Below, piece by piece: positions 12,113-23,124 of a DNA stretch of 32,000 nucleotides. How positions within the stretch are numbered: position 1 is the first letter of the stretch; every line of letters begins with the position of its first letter. Source of the stretch: Bacillus subtilis subsp. subtilis str. 168. Lineage in GTDB: Bacteria > Bacillota > Bacilli > Bacillales > Bacillaceae. The stretch spans positions 3,870,001 through 3,902,000 of the forward strand of contig NC_000964.3 of NCBI RefSeq assembly GCF_000009045.1, read 5' to 3'. The notes beneath the pieces were generated by a model, which did not search any database, was not told the origin of the DNA, and worked only from the letters and a program-made list of their open reading frames with translations. The position numbers and the translations under genes were made by a program.

Positions 12113-12128
12113 TGCAAGATCCGTACCA
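12113..12128 (-). promoter_or_regulatory. Sigma-54 (SigL) -24/-12 promoter of rocG
   Basis: The minus strand reads TGGTACGGATCTTGCA (TGGYAC-N5-TTGCA), about 100 nt upstream of the rocG ATG. No RocR-type repeat is visible upstream of it. Confidence 0.8.
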
Positions 12129-12142
12129 GCTTTTGAATCCAC

Positions 12143-12173
12143 AAAAAAAGAGACTGAAAACATCTCAGTCTCT
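12143..12173 (-). terminator. Rho-independent terminator of yweA
   Basis: Stem AGAGACTGA/TCAGTCTCT (12149..12157 and 12165..12173) followed on the minus strand by seven T. It starts 18 nt after the yweA stop. Confidence 0.78.
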
Positions 12174-12190
12174 GACTACAAATCTATCGA

Positions 12191-12655
12191 TTAACGGGGA
12201 TCAATCACCAGCTGCGTTTCAGCATAAAAACTGCCGATTCCCAAACCGTTTACTACATCGCCTTTAATCGTGTAAGTGCCTGCGCGAGGAAGAGTTTTAC
12301 GCACCATGACAAGGTCAAATTCGGATGCGCCTAACAAATCAAGCGTAAGCGGGAGTCTGACTGTTTTTCCATCGTTTAAAATCTGTGTTTCTTTCAGTGT
12401 TCTTCCATTCACTGAATCTCTTGTCGTAGCATGAAACCCGTCAGGAAATTGAAATTCTACCGCTCCAAGAGAAAGCACCGCATTTGGTTTATATGTCACT
12501 TCAATATCAGAAATGGTCCACTCTTTCGTGCTGTTAACTGTTTTTGCCTCGATTGATGCAGACTGTGCATGAGCTTGGCCCGAAGGAAGTAAGATTGATA
12601 GTAAAACAGCTGAACTGATGAATAATGAAGATACGAATGAAGTTCTTTTTAGCAT
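12191..12655 (-). CDS. yweA: Secreted BslA-like (biofilm surface layer paralog) protein
   Basis: 154-aa ORF with a signal peptide ending AHA-QS and an Ig-like beta-rich body. AGGGGGA SD before the ATG at 12655. The sequence matches my recollection of YweA. Confidence 0.85.
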   Translation of the reverse strand: MLKRTSFVSSLFISSAVLLSILLPSGQAHAQSASIEAKTVNSTKEWTISDIEVTYKPNAVLSLGAVEFQFPDGFHATTRDSVNGRTLKETQILNDGKTVRLPLTLDLLGASEFDLVMVRKTLPRAGTYTIKGDVVNGLGIGSFYAETQLVIDPR

Positions 12656-12920
12656 GACATTTCCCCCTAATTGATTGTTGAAATTTGGCCAGAGCGTCCT
12701 CTGCAGAAAAAGCGCTTTTTCATAATTCGCGAATTACCAGTTCTTTTTCTTAAAAATTAATCTATCATCATTTTCCATGGAAGTAAATGTTTTTTAAGGA
12801 ATATTAACACTTGGAATTCAATGAGAATTCCTTCCTGTTTATACAAGGTTCAAATGGACGATTTCCCTCTCTTTTTCTAGTAACATCTGCCTGACATTTT
12901 ATATCTTTTATCCTATTTTA

Positions 12921-12960
12921 AAAAAGGGCAAAAAAAGTCGAAGATGCCTCTGCTCTTCGA
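12921..12960 (-). terminator. Rho-independent terminator of the sps operon
   Basis: Stem TCGAAGA/TCTTCGA (12938..12944 and 12954..12960) with a 9-nt loop. On the minus strand it is followed by CTTTTTTTGCCCTTTTTT. It lies 19 nt after the spsL stop. Confidence 0.7.
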
Positions 12961-12978
12961 TTGATCACGTTCCTATTT

Positions 12979-13434
12979 TTATCTGAATTCAGTGTTCCAG
13001 TTAAAACCGATCGTCTCATCATCCCACGGAATTCTTTTTTCATCAGGCTGATCCGGGTTATACGACATGGTGGTAAAATAGATAATTGTCAGCGGCGTCT
13101 CTCCCAGCACTCTATATCCGTGAGCCACCCCTTTTGGGATTAATAACAGCATCGGGTTGTCTTCGCCCATATAATAGACGTCCGTTTCTCCTTTTGTCTT
13201 TGAATCCTCTCGAAGATCGTATAGGACAACCTGAGCGTGGCCGGTTGGGAAGAACCAGAGATCATCCTGCTTCTCATGATAATGAAATGCCTTAATCACA
13301 CCCGGATAGCTTTTCGACCAAGAGGCCTGCCCAAAATGCTCAAGGAGATTCTCATCGTCCCGGACCAGCTCAGCAAAAAAGCCTCTGTCATCGCTATGCT
13401 TCATCAATTTTTTCACCTTGACTCCATCAATCAC
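12979..13434 (-). CDS. spsL: dTDP-4-dehydrorhamnose 3,5-epimerase-like cupin (RmlC-like, short form)
   Basis: Cupin-type sequence (..GFFAELV..WSKSYPGVIKAFHYH..GVAHGY..). The GTG at 13434 is preceded by AAAGGAG with an 8-nt spacing. The track's upstream TTG at 13509 has no SD. The start overlaps the spsK stop by 8 nt. Confidence 0.85.
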   Translation of the reverse strand: MIDGVKVKKLMKHSDDRGFFAELVRDDENLLEHFGQASWSKSYPGVIKAFHYHEKQDDLWFFPTGHAQVVLYDLREDSKTKGETDVYYMGEDNPMLLLIPKGVAHGYRVLGETPLTIIYFTTMSYNPDQPDEKRIPWDDETIGFNWNTEFR

Positions 13435-14278
13435 ACGCACTGCTCCTTTCCTGCAAATACTCTCGTAACGCTTCCCGCCAGTGGCGGGGGCGGATGCCGG
13501 CTTCTTCAATAGCCCGATGGCTCAGCACAGAGTATGCCGGACGGGGCGTTTTGTTCCCGTATTCCTCTGTCGTTACAGACAAAATGGCTGTTTCCAGCCC
13601 GCTTTCTTCCATAATTGCCGTCGCAAACTCATACCAGCTGCATATGCCTGAATTGCTGACATGATAGATGCCCGGCGGATGGCTGAACAGCTTGATGACC
13701 GCTTCTGCTAAATCCTTCGTATAAGTCGGCGAACCAATTTGATCGCTGACAACCCGAAGCTCTTGTTTCGTTTCAGCAAGTTTCAGCATGGTTTCAACGA
13801 AATTACTGCCGCCATGTCCGTACACCCACGATGTCCTGATGATCGTGCTGTCTTTTGTCGTTAATCGTATCAGTTCTTCTCCGAGCCTTTTGCTTTTGCC
13901 ATAAATGGTTTTCGGATCGAGGGGATCGTCTTCCCTATATGGCTGGGTTCCTTTCCCATTGAATACATAGTCCGTGCTGATATGAACATATTGAGCTCCG
14001 ATGCGGGTTGACTCAAGCGCTGTATAATAAGCGCCGATTCCGTTAATCAAGTACGCTTTATCAAGCTCTTTCTCGCATTGATCAACCGACGTAAACGCGG
14101 CGCTATTGACCACGATATCCGGCTGATAATGGCCAAACGAATGCCGTACTGAGCGCTGGTCAGCAATGTTCATCATCTTCTTTGTTAACGCAATGACCTC
14201 ATATCCGGCTTGCTTCAGCTGGCGGCATAGTTCCAAGCCAAGCTGTCCTCCCGCCCCAGTCACCAATACCTTTGTCAA
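13427..14278 (-). CDS. spsK: dTDP-4-dehydrorhamnose reductase (RmlD)
   Basis: TGAGGQLG nucleotide-binding motif and YGKSK catalytic motif. TTG start at 14278 preceded by AAGGTGA. Confidence 0.9.
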   Translation of the reverse strand: MTKVLVTGAGGQLGLELCRQLKQAGYEVIALTKKMMNIADQRSVRHSFGHYQPDIVVNSAAFTSVDQCEKELDKAYLINGIGAYYTALESTRIGAQYVHISTDYVFNGKGTQPYREDDPLDPKTIYGKSKRLGEELIRLTTKDSTIIRTSWVYGHGGSNFVETMLKLAETKQELRVVSDQIGSPTYTKDLAEAVIKLFSHPPGIYHVSNSGICSWYEFATAIMEESGLETAILSVTTEEYGNKTPRPAYSVLSHRAIEEAGIRPRHWREALREYLQERSSACD

Positions 14279-14291
14279 TCAGATCACCTTC

Positions 14292-15239
14292 TCATCGGTC
14301 ATTGTCTGTATACCACTGAATCGTACGCGCAATGCCTTCTTCAAACGTCACTTCCTGCCGCCAGCCCAGTTCGTTTTTCAGCTTTGATGCATTGATCGCA
14401 TAGCGCCGGTCATGCCCTTTTCGGTCTTCCACGTGGGCGAACAATTCCTCACAGCCCAGATGCTTCAAAATGACACTCGCCAGCTCTTTATTCGTGCGTT
14501 CATTTCCGCCGCCGATGTTATACACCTCGCCGTCGGTCCCTTTTTCTAAAATCAGCTTGATCGCGCGGCAATGATCCTCCGCAAACAGCCAGTCTCGGAT
14601 CTGGAGTCCATCGCCATACAGCGGAACAGGCAGGCCCTGCTTCGCATGACGGATAATCGTCGGAATCATTTTTTCGCTGTGCTGATAAGGTCCGTAATTG
14701 TTGCTGCATCGTGTAATGATGGCCGGAAGCTTGTGGGTTTTCACATAAGACAACACGAGCAAATCAGAGCTTGCTTTGCTGGCTGAGTATGGGTTATTAG
14801 GAGAAAGCGGCGTCGTTTCTGTAAACGCGGGATCATCCGCTTTTAAATCCCCGTATACCTCATCTGTTGAAATATGAATCAGCTTCTTGGCTTTTCCTTT
14901 CAAGACCGCTTCCGCCAATCGGTATGTCCCCATGACATTTGTGGTGATAAACGGCTCCGCTTGGGAAATGCTTCTGTCCACATGCGATTCTGCTGCGAAG
15001 TGAATGACGCCATCGTAGGTCTCGTCAAAAGCGCGGTCGATATCCTCCTGAACGCTGATGTCCCCTTTTACAAAGCGAAAACGGCTGTTTTGCTTTAATT
15101 TTTCCATTTCCTCCGGGTGGCTGGCGTACGTCAGTTTATCTAAAACGGTAATGCGCGCATCCGTTTCCCTCAGCATGAGCTTTGTAAACGTGAGCCCGAT
15201 GAAGCCGGCCCCGCCTGTAATTAAATATGATTTTGCCAT
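14292..15239 (-). CDS. spsJ: dTDP-glucose 4,6-dehydratase (RmlB)
   Basis: GGAGFIG motif and YSASK motif. ATG at 15237..15239 ([10 protein letters not shown]) overlaps the spsI stop as ATGA. The track's 29-aa extension lies inside spsI. Confidence 0.9.
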
Positions 15240-15979
15240 CACTTTTCGTCCTGTCCTTTCCGTAAAGCCTGGTGTACAAGCTGGGAAGCGAGATAAAGCG
15301 ATTCGTGAGTTCCGGCATCTACCCACCAGCCTGATAACACATCATACGTAAGCTGGCTGTTTTCGATGTATAGATTATTCACATCGGTGATTTCCAGCTC
15401 GCCGCGCTTTGATGGTGATATTTGTTCAATATATGAAAACACCTCTGCATCATACATATAAATGCCGGTAACACAAAGGTTGGTCGGTGGCTGTTCGGGC
15501 TTTTCGATGATGGAACGAATCCGCTTGTTTTTCTCATCAATCTCAGCAATCCCGAAACGTTCCGGGTCATCAACTTCTTTCAGAAGCACTTTTGCTCCTT
15601 TCCCCTGCTGTTCAAAGCGTTCTGTATAAGGCTTTAATGAATCTTCAAATATATTATCACCTAATAATAAAATGAAAGACTCTTTTTTCGTAAAGCGCTT
15701 TGCATAAGACAGCCCATCCGAAATGCCCGATGCTGCCGGCTGTACTTGATAAGTGATAGTAACGCCAAGCTCTTCCCCGTTCCCAAGCAGTTTGTAAAAT
15801 TGCGGCATATGCTCCTTTTGGCTGATGAGTAAAATGTCTTTTATTCCGGCTTCCTGCAGCTTCATAATCGACCAGTATATCATCGGATACGGGCCTACAG
15901 GAAGCAAATGCTTGTTGACGGCTTTCGTTAAGGGCATAAGGCGTGAGCCGTTTCCTCCGGCTAAAATAACACCTTTCAC
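15239..15979 (-). CDS. spsI: Glucose-1-phosphate thymidylyltransferase (RmlA)
   Basis: N-terminal [11 protein letters not shown] nucleotidyltransferase signature. GTG start at 15979 preceded by AAGGAAGTG. Confidence 0.9.
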
Positions 15980-16003
15980 ATTAACACTTCCTTACATGCA
16001 TTT

Positions 16004-17023
16004 TTATATCTCTTGTTCATATAAATCTTGAAGAATAGCTGTTACCCGTATAATGCCTTTGCCATCCACGAGCGGCCTTCCTCCCTTGTGCAAAGAAAGG
16101 CGAAGAGGATAGCTGCTCATAATGCGTGACATCTGATAGATGAGTGTTTCATCCGGTACAAGCTCACCCAATCCAAGATCAAGAGCGGCGCCTTGGTCAG
16201 CAAATGTTTTGGCTGTAGCCGTTTGATGCTCAACCTGAGAAAGAACAAGGCACGGCACGCCGATGCAAATGGCTTCATATAGAGAGATGCCGCCAGCGAC
16301 AATGGCTGCGTCCGCTTGTTTCATCAAACCTGCCATATCATTTGTCTGTTCGATCATCTTGTACTGCGGCTTCTTTTCGATCCGCCTTCGGACTGCCTCT
16401 TGATGCGGTGAAGCGCTCCCCATCACAAACATCATGTTTTTGTCTTTTATGTCGGGGACTTGATCAGCGGCAGCCAGCACTTTAAAAATAAGCTGCTTCG
16501 GATCACTTCCTCCTAATGCAACAAGGATATTGCGGCAGTCTTTCTTAAGTGTGTAATCCTCTCTTGCGGCCTGAAAGGCGGGGTGAAGAATAAGATAGTC
16601 CGGACCTTCATAGATGCGTGTGTTTCCCTGAACGTACACCCTGCTTCTGATGTCACCGTAAATTCCGTTAATGACTGCGTCACTATATTGAATCGATTTA
16701 CCGTTTTTCTCTTCAAAAAGAACAATTTTCGCATCTGTCTCCGTCTTTATTTTCTTTAACAGCTCTGCAGGCGCGCCTAGAATATCAAACAAAAGCAAAT
16801 CAAGCTTCTTGCTTTTTATTTCCCGGAGAATAAATTCGTGCTGCTGCAGCTCCGGCTTTACGATGACCTGCCAATGCTCTTCATGAAGAAACGCTTCAGA
16901 ATCCTGATTCGTATAAAACGTAATCAAGCATCGCTGTTTGAGCCCCTCCGCAAGCCTCTTCATCCGGACAACATGGCCCATTCCCTTTTCATAGCCGCCG
17001 TCTGCGAAGATCCCAACATGCAT
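16004..17023 (-). CDS. spsG: PseG/LegG-like UDP-sugar hydrolase (GT-B fold), legionaminic-acid branch
   Basis: 339-aa ORF with two Rossmann-like halves (..ILVALGGSDP.. ; ..AAIVAGGISLYEA..). ATG at 17023, 2 nt after the spsF stop. Confidence 0.8.
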   Translation of the reverse strand: MHVGIFADGGYEKGMGHVVRMKRLAEGLKQRCLITFYTNQDSEAFLHEEHWQVIVKPELQQHEFILREIKSKKLDLLLFDILGAPAELLKKIKTETDAKIVLFEEKNGKSIQYSDAVINGIYGDIRSRVYVQGNTRIYEGPDYLILHPAFQAAREDYTLKKDCRNILVALGGSDPKQLIFKVLAAADQVPDIKDKNMMFVMGSASPHQEAVRRRIEKKPQYKMIEQTNDMAGLMKQADAAIVAGGISLYEAICIGVPCLVLSQVEHQTATAKTFADQGAALDLGLGELVPDETLIYQMSRIMSSYPLRLSLHKGGRPLVDGKGIIRVTAILQDLYEQEI

Positions 17024-17025
17024 GG

Positions 17026-17748
17026 CTAGTCAGCCTCTCGTTCGGTTGCCGCATCGGGGTTCCGGTTCAGAAGGGTGATAAGCTCTGAGGCGGATACATC
17101 GGGGCGCTCGCCTGCTTTTTGATAGAGGGCCTTTATCGATTCATAGTCTTCCTTTGTATCAATGGTCAGCCGATATTGAGGGGCGCGAAATCGTTCCGGC
17201 GCCTCTAAAAACTGAACACGATAAAGAGCTGGATGATTCCTTATATATAACGTGACATGCTCCTGATATTGATCCTCCAAAGCCTGAATACGGCTGATGT
17301 CAATTAACAGGTTGGCGTTGACCACTTCGCCGCAAATCCCTAATGGGGCATTCAGGATATACGTATAATCCGAGCCTTGATCAAAATGCGCCTGAATCAT
17401 TACATCGAGCAGCTCAGGATCGACAAACGGATTATCACCTGTTAACCGGATGATGACTGACGGTTTAACAGCTTCTATGACCTTCACAAACCTATCGAGG
17501 ACACGTTCTTCGCTCCCGCGGAAAACACGAAAGCCTTGTTTGATACAGTGCGCCTCTAATATGTCGTCAGTTTCTTTGTCAGACGTGGCGATGACAAGAT
17601 TATCCCGATCCTTTTGGTAAAACGCGCTTTGCCGGACACGGTGAACGAGAATATCAAGTAAACGATTCGATCCGAGCGGCCGAAGCACTTTTCCCGGAAG
17701 CCTTGTTGAACCCATTCTTGCTTGAATGATAAAGAGAATATCATTCAT
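17026..17748 (-). CDS. spsF: CMP-nonulosonic acid (legionaminic acid) cytidylyltransferase-like protein
   Basis: N-terminal IIQARMGSTRLPGK cytidylyltransferase signature. The ATG at 17748 overlaps the spsE stop by 8 nt. Confidence 0.85.
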   Translation of the reverse strand: MNDILFIIQARMGSTRLPGKVLRPLGSNRLLDILVHRVRQSAFYQKDRDNLVIATSDKETDDILEAHCIKQGFRVFRGSEERVLDRFVKVIEAVKPSVIIRLTGDNPFVDPELLDVMIQAHFDQGSDYTYILNAPLGICGEVVNANLLIDISRIQALEDQYQEHVTLYIRNHPALYRVQFLEAPERFRAPQYRLTIDTKEDYESIKALYQKAGERPDVSASELITLLNRNPDAATEREAD

Positions 17749-18862
17749 GAAACGGGCTGTCCTTCAGTAAAATGTCATCCCAGACAATGCCTGTGTCGGC
17801 TGGAATGTCTCTTACAGCCCGAACACCGCTGGTCAGCAGTTCAAAAAATCTCGGGTGCAGCCCCTGCGGCTTTTGTCCGGGCCGAAGCACTGCGATATTG
17901 TCTTCACTAAAGGCTTCACCTTTTTGAATCGGAGCTGTTGTAAAAATGCCTCTGTATGCAAAGTTTCTGATTTCTCCTTCGATGGCGGTCGTTGTTTTGT
18001 ATGAACTGCCAAGCAGTTTTTCAGAGACCGGCTTTGTGATCCCCTGTTTCAGCTCAGCTTCCGTTTTCCTGATGCCATCGACCATTTCTTTCAATTCATC
18101 CGGATTTAATGCAAACGAGTGGTCAGCACCCGGCAGATTTTTATCGATCGTAAAATGCTTTTCTATCAGTTTTGCTCCGAGCCGAACCGCGGCACACGGC
18201 GCTTCTGTCGGATGCTCGCTATGATCGGAGAAGCCGATTACCGCCTCAGGAAAAGCGGCGGCAAGCATCGGAATGACGCTGAGGTTGCTGTACTCCGGCG
18301 GTGCTGGGTATTTCGCCACACAATGCATTATGGCAATTTGATTGTTTCCCTCTGCCCTGATGGTGCGCCAAGCTTCGTGAACATCAGAGATTTCAGCTCC
18401 GGCTGTCGAGAAAATCATCGGCCTGTTCAGCCGGGCGACATATTTAAGCAGCGGGAGATGGTTAATTTCATAGGATGCGATTTTAAAAGCGCTCGGCGAG
18501 GTAGACTGAAGCAGATCAGCTGACCCCTCGTCACATACCGTACTTAAAAAGATCACCTGCTTTTCGCGGCAGTAATCCAATAGCGGTAAAATCCACTCAG
18601 CAGGCATTTCCATAGATTGAACCAAAGAAAAAATAGAGACGTCCTTGCCCGCTGCCGTCTTGTACAAACCAGGATCTTTCTGGTACATCCTATCAGCTTG
18701 GAACATTTGAAATTTCACGGCATCCGCTCCCGCTTCCGCCGCGGCGTCTATCAGCGCAAAAGCCTGATCAAGCTTCCCGTCATGATTAATCCCCGCCTCA
18801 GCAATAATAAAAACAGGAGCGTCTTTGCCTACAGTTTTATTCGCGATCTGAAACGCTGCCAT
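17741..18862 (-). CDS. spsE: NeuB-family nonulosonic acid (legionaminic acid) synthase
   Basis: NeuB-like TIM-barrel body (..IIAEAGINHDG..) plus a C-terminal SAF-like domain. ATG at 18860..18862 (MAAFQIANK) shares 1 nt with the spsD stop. Confidence 0.88.
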   Translation of the reverse strand: MAAFQIANKTVGKDAPVFIIAEAGINHDGKLDQAFALIDAAAEAGADAVKFQMFQADRMYQKDPGLYKTAAGKDVSIFSLVQSMEMPAEWILPLLDYCREKQVIFLSTVCDEGSADLLQSTSPSAFKIASYEINHLPLLKYVARLNRPMIFSTAGAEISDVHEAWRTIRAEGNNQIAIMHCVAKYPAPPEYSNLSVIPMLAAAFPEAVIGFSDHSEHPTEAPCAAVRLGAKLIEKHFTIDKNLPGADHSFALNPDELKEMVDGIRKTEAELKQGITKPVSEKLLGSSYKTTTAIEGEIRNFAYRGIFTTAPIQKGEAFSEDNIAVLRPGQKPQGLHPRFFELLTSGVRAVRDIPADTGIVWDDILLKDSPFHE

Positions 18863-19731
18863 TATTTCGCCTCCTTGCCCGGCCAAATATGATAATAGTA
18901 ATACGATTGTTCAGCGGTGAAGCCCATTCGTTCATAAAGGCGGATCGCCCTTACATTGTGAAGCTGCGTCCCCGCTGTTACCGTTCTATGCTTCTGGGTC
19001 TCCGGTTGTTCTATGAGATTCGCCAATAAATGAAACGCAATACGTTTCCCTTCAAATCCCGGCTTTACAGCCATCAAATCGAGAATGCACTCATCATCTC
19101 TTGATAAGCCCTGAAGATAGCCGATGACCTCGCCATTGTGTTTAGCGACAATATTGACCGCCGCCCTTCCATTCAGATTGTTTCGTGTCCACTCCTGAAA
19201 TATTTCGTTTGCTGCATCGCGGCTGAGATGAGGATCCTGAAAATATCTGCTTTTTGTAAACGAGTCTCGGGCCAGCTCACATATCGCTTCTGTGTCTCCG
19301 GGCTCAGGCGGGCCCAGTTCAAAAAATGGCGGTGTTTTGTCATAAAAAGACGGAGGCATCGCCAGCTTCAGCAAACTCCCGACAAAGTAAGAGGATGGCT
19401 GCTGTTGTATCACATGCGCGGCTCCGATATCTTCAGCCGGAACACGGACAAAGATAAAATCCGTTTCATCCATTTGGCGTACAGTATAAAAAGCTTCAAA
19501 CAGCCTCTTTAGCTGCCCGGTACTATTTGCCGCAAGAAGTTTGACGTTCATGACTTTCTTCTGAAGCACCTTGCTTTCCCACAAAGAATCTTCGTAAAGC
19601 AATACGCCTTGGAGCCTGCTGTTTTCAAAAAGGCCGAGGGAAAATTGATACGGAACATCCAATGTAAGCTTTCTGCTTTGGAGAAATTCCTCAATTGCCT
19701 CTTTGGAGACATTTTCTTTTACCGTATACAC
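18862..19731 (-). CDS. spsD: GNAT-type N-acetyltransferase
   Basis: 289-aa ORF with a C-terminal acetyltransferase-like region (..GYLQGL..MAVKPGFEGKRIAFHLL..RLYERMGF). The GTG start at 19731 directly abuts the spsC stop (TAA-GTG). AAAGGGG SD. Confidence 0.82.
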   Translation of the reverse strand: MYTVKENVSKEAIEEFLQSRKLTLDVPYQFSLGLFENSRLQGVLLYEDSLWESKVLQKKVMNVKLLAANSTGQLKRLFEAFYTVRQMDETDFIFVRVPAEDIGAAHVIQQQPSSYFVGSLLKLAMPPSFYDKTPPFFELGPPEPGDTEAICELARDSFTKSRYFQDPHLSRDAANEIFQEWTRNNLNGRAAVNIVAKHNGEVIGYLQGLSRDDECILDLMAVKPGFEGKRIAFHLLANLIEQPETQKHRTVTAGTQLHNVRAIRLYERMGFTAEQSYYYYHIWPGKEAK

Positions 19732-20901
19732 TTAATCAGCCCCTTTTACGATATCCCGCACAGCTTCAATGACATCATCTACATCATCGTCAGACATTGA
19801 TGGATAGAGCGGGAGAGAAAGGGTTCGTTTATAGTAATTCATGGCATTCGGAAAGTCCGCTTCCTTATATCCAAATTGCTTTTGATAATACGGATGAATG
19901 TGTACTGGAATAAAATGAACGCTAGTGCCGATATTGTATTCATCCTTTAAAGCCGTAATCATTTCGCTGCGCGTAACCCCGGCCTTTTTTTCATCAACTT
20001 GCAGAACATATAGATGCCAGGCGTGCCTGCCGTCATCATGGACAAACGGCGTGATCAGCCCAGGAATCTGCTGAAAAGCGGTTTGATAGCGGCCGGCAAT
20101 CTCTTCTCTCCGTTTCTGCATATCATCCAGCCGTTTCAGCTGATGAAGTCCGAGGGCCGCCTGCAAATCAAACATATTCATCTTATAGCCGGGCGATTCG
20201 ACTTCATAGTACCAGCTGCCATTTGAAGAATAACGGTTCCATGCGGCTTTACTCATGCCGTGAAGGCTTAGCACCCGTATCTTATCGGCAAGCTCCTCAT
20301 CATCAGTCGTCAGCATGCCGCCTTCCCCTGTCGCGAGGTTTTTGGTGGCGTAAAAGCTGAATGCCGTTGCATCCCCGATAGAACCGATCATTCTTTGCTT
20401 ATAAGTCGTATATACCGCATGTGCCGCATCCTCCAGCACGAATAAACCATGATTTTGGGCAACAGCCAATATTGCATCCATATCGCAGGACTGCCCGCCA
20501 AAGTGGACGGGCACAACTGCTTTCGTTCGCGGTGTGACGGCCGCCTCAAGCTTTACCGGGTCAATATTGAGCGTGTTTTCGTCAATATCCGCAAACACAG
20601 GCGTCGCTCCCGTATGAATAATCGTATTGGCGGTCGAGCTGAACGTAAGCGGAGAGGTAATGACCTCGTCCCCGGGCCCAATCCCTTTTGCTTTCAAAGC
20701 CAAAAATAAAGCTGCGGTACATGAATTCACCGCCACGGCGTGCTTCGCCCCGACAAACGCGGCAAACTCTTTTTCAAACTGCTGAACCTTCGGGCCTTTA
20801 GAGAGCCATCCCGATTCAAGCGTTTCTGTAACCTCCTGAATTTCTTCCTTACCGATTAACGGCAATGAGTAAGGGAGAAAATGATTTCTCTTTTGCACCA
20901 T
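19732..20901 (-). CDS. spsC: PLP-dependent sugar aminotransferase (DegT/DnrJ/EryC1 family)
   Basis: The family-typical SFYATKNL segment carries the PLP lysine. 389 aa. ATG at 20901 with AGGAG upstream. Confidence 0.9.
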   Translation of the reverse strand: MVQKRNHFLPYSLPLIGKEEIQEVTETLESGWLSKGPKVQQFEKEFAAFVGAKHAVAVNSCTAALFLALKAKGIGPGDEVITSPLTFSSTANTIIHTGATPVFADIDENTLNIDPVKLEAAVTPRTKAVVPVHFGGQSCDMDAILAVAQNHGLFVLEDAAHAVYTTYKQRMIGSIGDATAFSFYATKNLATGEGGMLTTDDEELADKIRVLSLHGMSKAAWNRYSSNGSWYYEVESPGYKMNMFDLQAALGLHQLKRLDDMQKRREEIAGRYQTAFQQIPGLITPFVHDDGRHAWHLYVLQVDEKKAGVTRSEMITALKDEYNIGTSVHFIPVHIHPYYQKQFGYKEADFPNAMNYYKRTLSLPLYPSMSDDDVDDVIEAVRDIVKGAD

Positions 20902-20921
20902 TTCTTTGCGCTCCTATCATT

Positions 20922-22346
20922 TTATTCAGTATCTTCCCGCCTGTAATCAACCCCTGTTTTGGCTTTCAGTTCCGCAAATAAAGCATTTGTTGATTCTGCC
21001 ACCGGATAATTAGCCGCTATGAATGCCAGGCGCGCCTCTTCTGCTTTTTGATGCACGTCGGGACTTCGAAGAACCTCAACCAAGGTGTGCGCCAGTTCAT
21101 CCGGCTGGTCAAACATAAAATCGCCAAGAGACTCATAATACGGATACGAGCGATTTCCGGACGATTTTCCTATCAGCACAGGCTTTTGAAACAGCATGGC
21201 TTCAAGACCGACTGTCGAGGTTTGCGTCACTGCGGCATCAACATACGGCAGCAAATCATAAAGCTCCAGCTCCTTTTTGATGACTCTGCATGCTTGATGT
21301 TTTTTCGCCGCCTCGTGATACAGATCAAGCTTGTTTTTTCCGATTTCCCACGGGTGGGGTTTGATAATGATTTGCAGCTGCTTCTGATCAGAAAGCCCCT
21401 GCAGCACACCGGAATAAAAGTCTTCTGAAAAGGGCTGAGTGGCAATGAGCACAATTTTTTTAGTCGGCTGAAAAGCAAGTTTTCGATAGAATATGGACAT
21501 ATCCATAGGCGTTCTGTTAAAAATCTGATCGAAGCGGGGATGTCCCGTTACGAGAATCTGCTCGGGTTTACAGCCTTTTCGTATGAACCACTCTGCTTCA
21601 TACGCACCAAAAACAGCTTGATAGGTTGTAAAAACAGGAATGAAGGCTTCATCTCCCATCAATGCGCCATGCTGAAGACAAATGCTGACGGCCCCTTTTC
21701 TTTGACACATGAGAGCGAGCACCCTGCTGTAAATGTCTTCTGCCGTTCCGACAATAACAGCTGAAATCTTTTCCTGTTCAAACAGCGCATCAACTGTATC
21801 AATGGCCTCTATAAATAAAGGAATATCTTTGAAAAGCCGGTCGCGAAACGCTTGATCACCAAATGCCGGGTGATCATCATAAGGGGCGAGAAGCGAACAG
21901 GCTGTTTCGAGATACTGCTTCGAATCGCCTTTTTGGCATGAATCCGCAATCTCCCGCTTGCTAATTACAGGCAGATCACAATAATGCGGCAAACTCCATC
22001 TGGCCAAAACAGCCGTTTTTTCAGGATCAAATTGATAGTAATTTTCGTTTGAAAAACGCAGGTAATCAAAGTGCAAAATGACTTTCCCTTTAACAGGTTC
22101 GTCATTTGTTTTAACGATGTTTTGGATTCTTTCTTCAAAAAACGGCTGAATCTGTCCCTCATCGATATGCTGATCCACCGATCCGAATAATTCCGGTTCT
22201 TCTTCCATCATCACCCTCAGTTCAGGGCTGATGTATTGATAAAAATTACTGATAAGCCCAAGCGGAATCCCTTTGTAGCGAAGTTTGTCAAAAAGCTCCA
22301 CGTACTTCCGGTACAGCACCCAATAATTGCTTAAATAGGCCGACAA
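20922..22346 (-). CDS. spsB: Large putative glycosyl or nonulosonate transferase (GT-B-like C-terminal half), function unassigned
   Basis: The ORF is open from 22364. Both candidate starts are TTG (22364 and 22346). I chose 22346 because GGGGTGAG precedes it and I recall a 474-aa length. The C-terminal half has Rossmann-like segments and a KPHPWE motif. Confidence 0.75.
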
Positions 22347-22350
22347 GCTC

Positions 22351-23124
<774 letters not shown>

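Noticed and set aside
13237-21428. Numerous 60-135-aa ORFs on the plus strand, or in alternative minus frames, across the sps operon. Examples: 14571..14786, 15058..15351, 18119..18523, 19138..19512, 20449..20709, 21048..21428, 21227..21478.
   Set aside because: All are nested in sps coding sequences that carry clear enzyme motifs. They are consistent with random open frames in moderately GC-balanced coding DNA.
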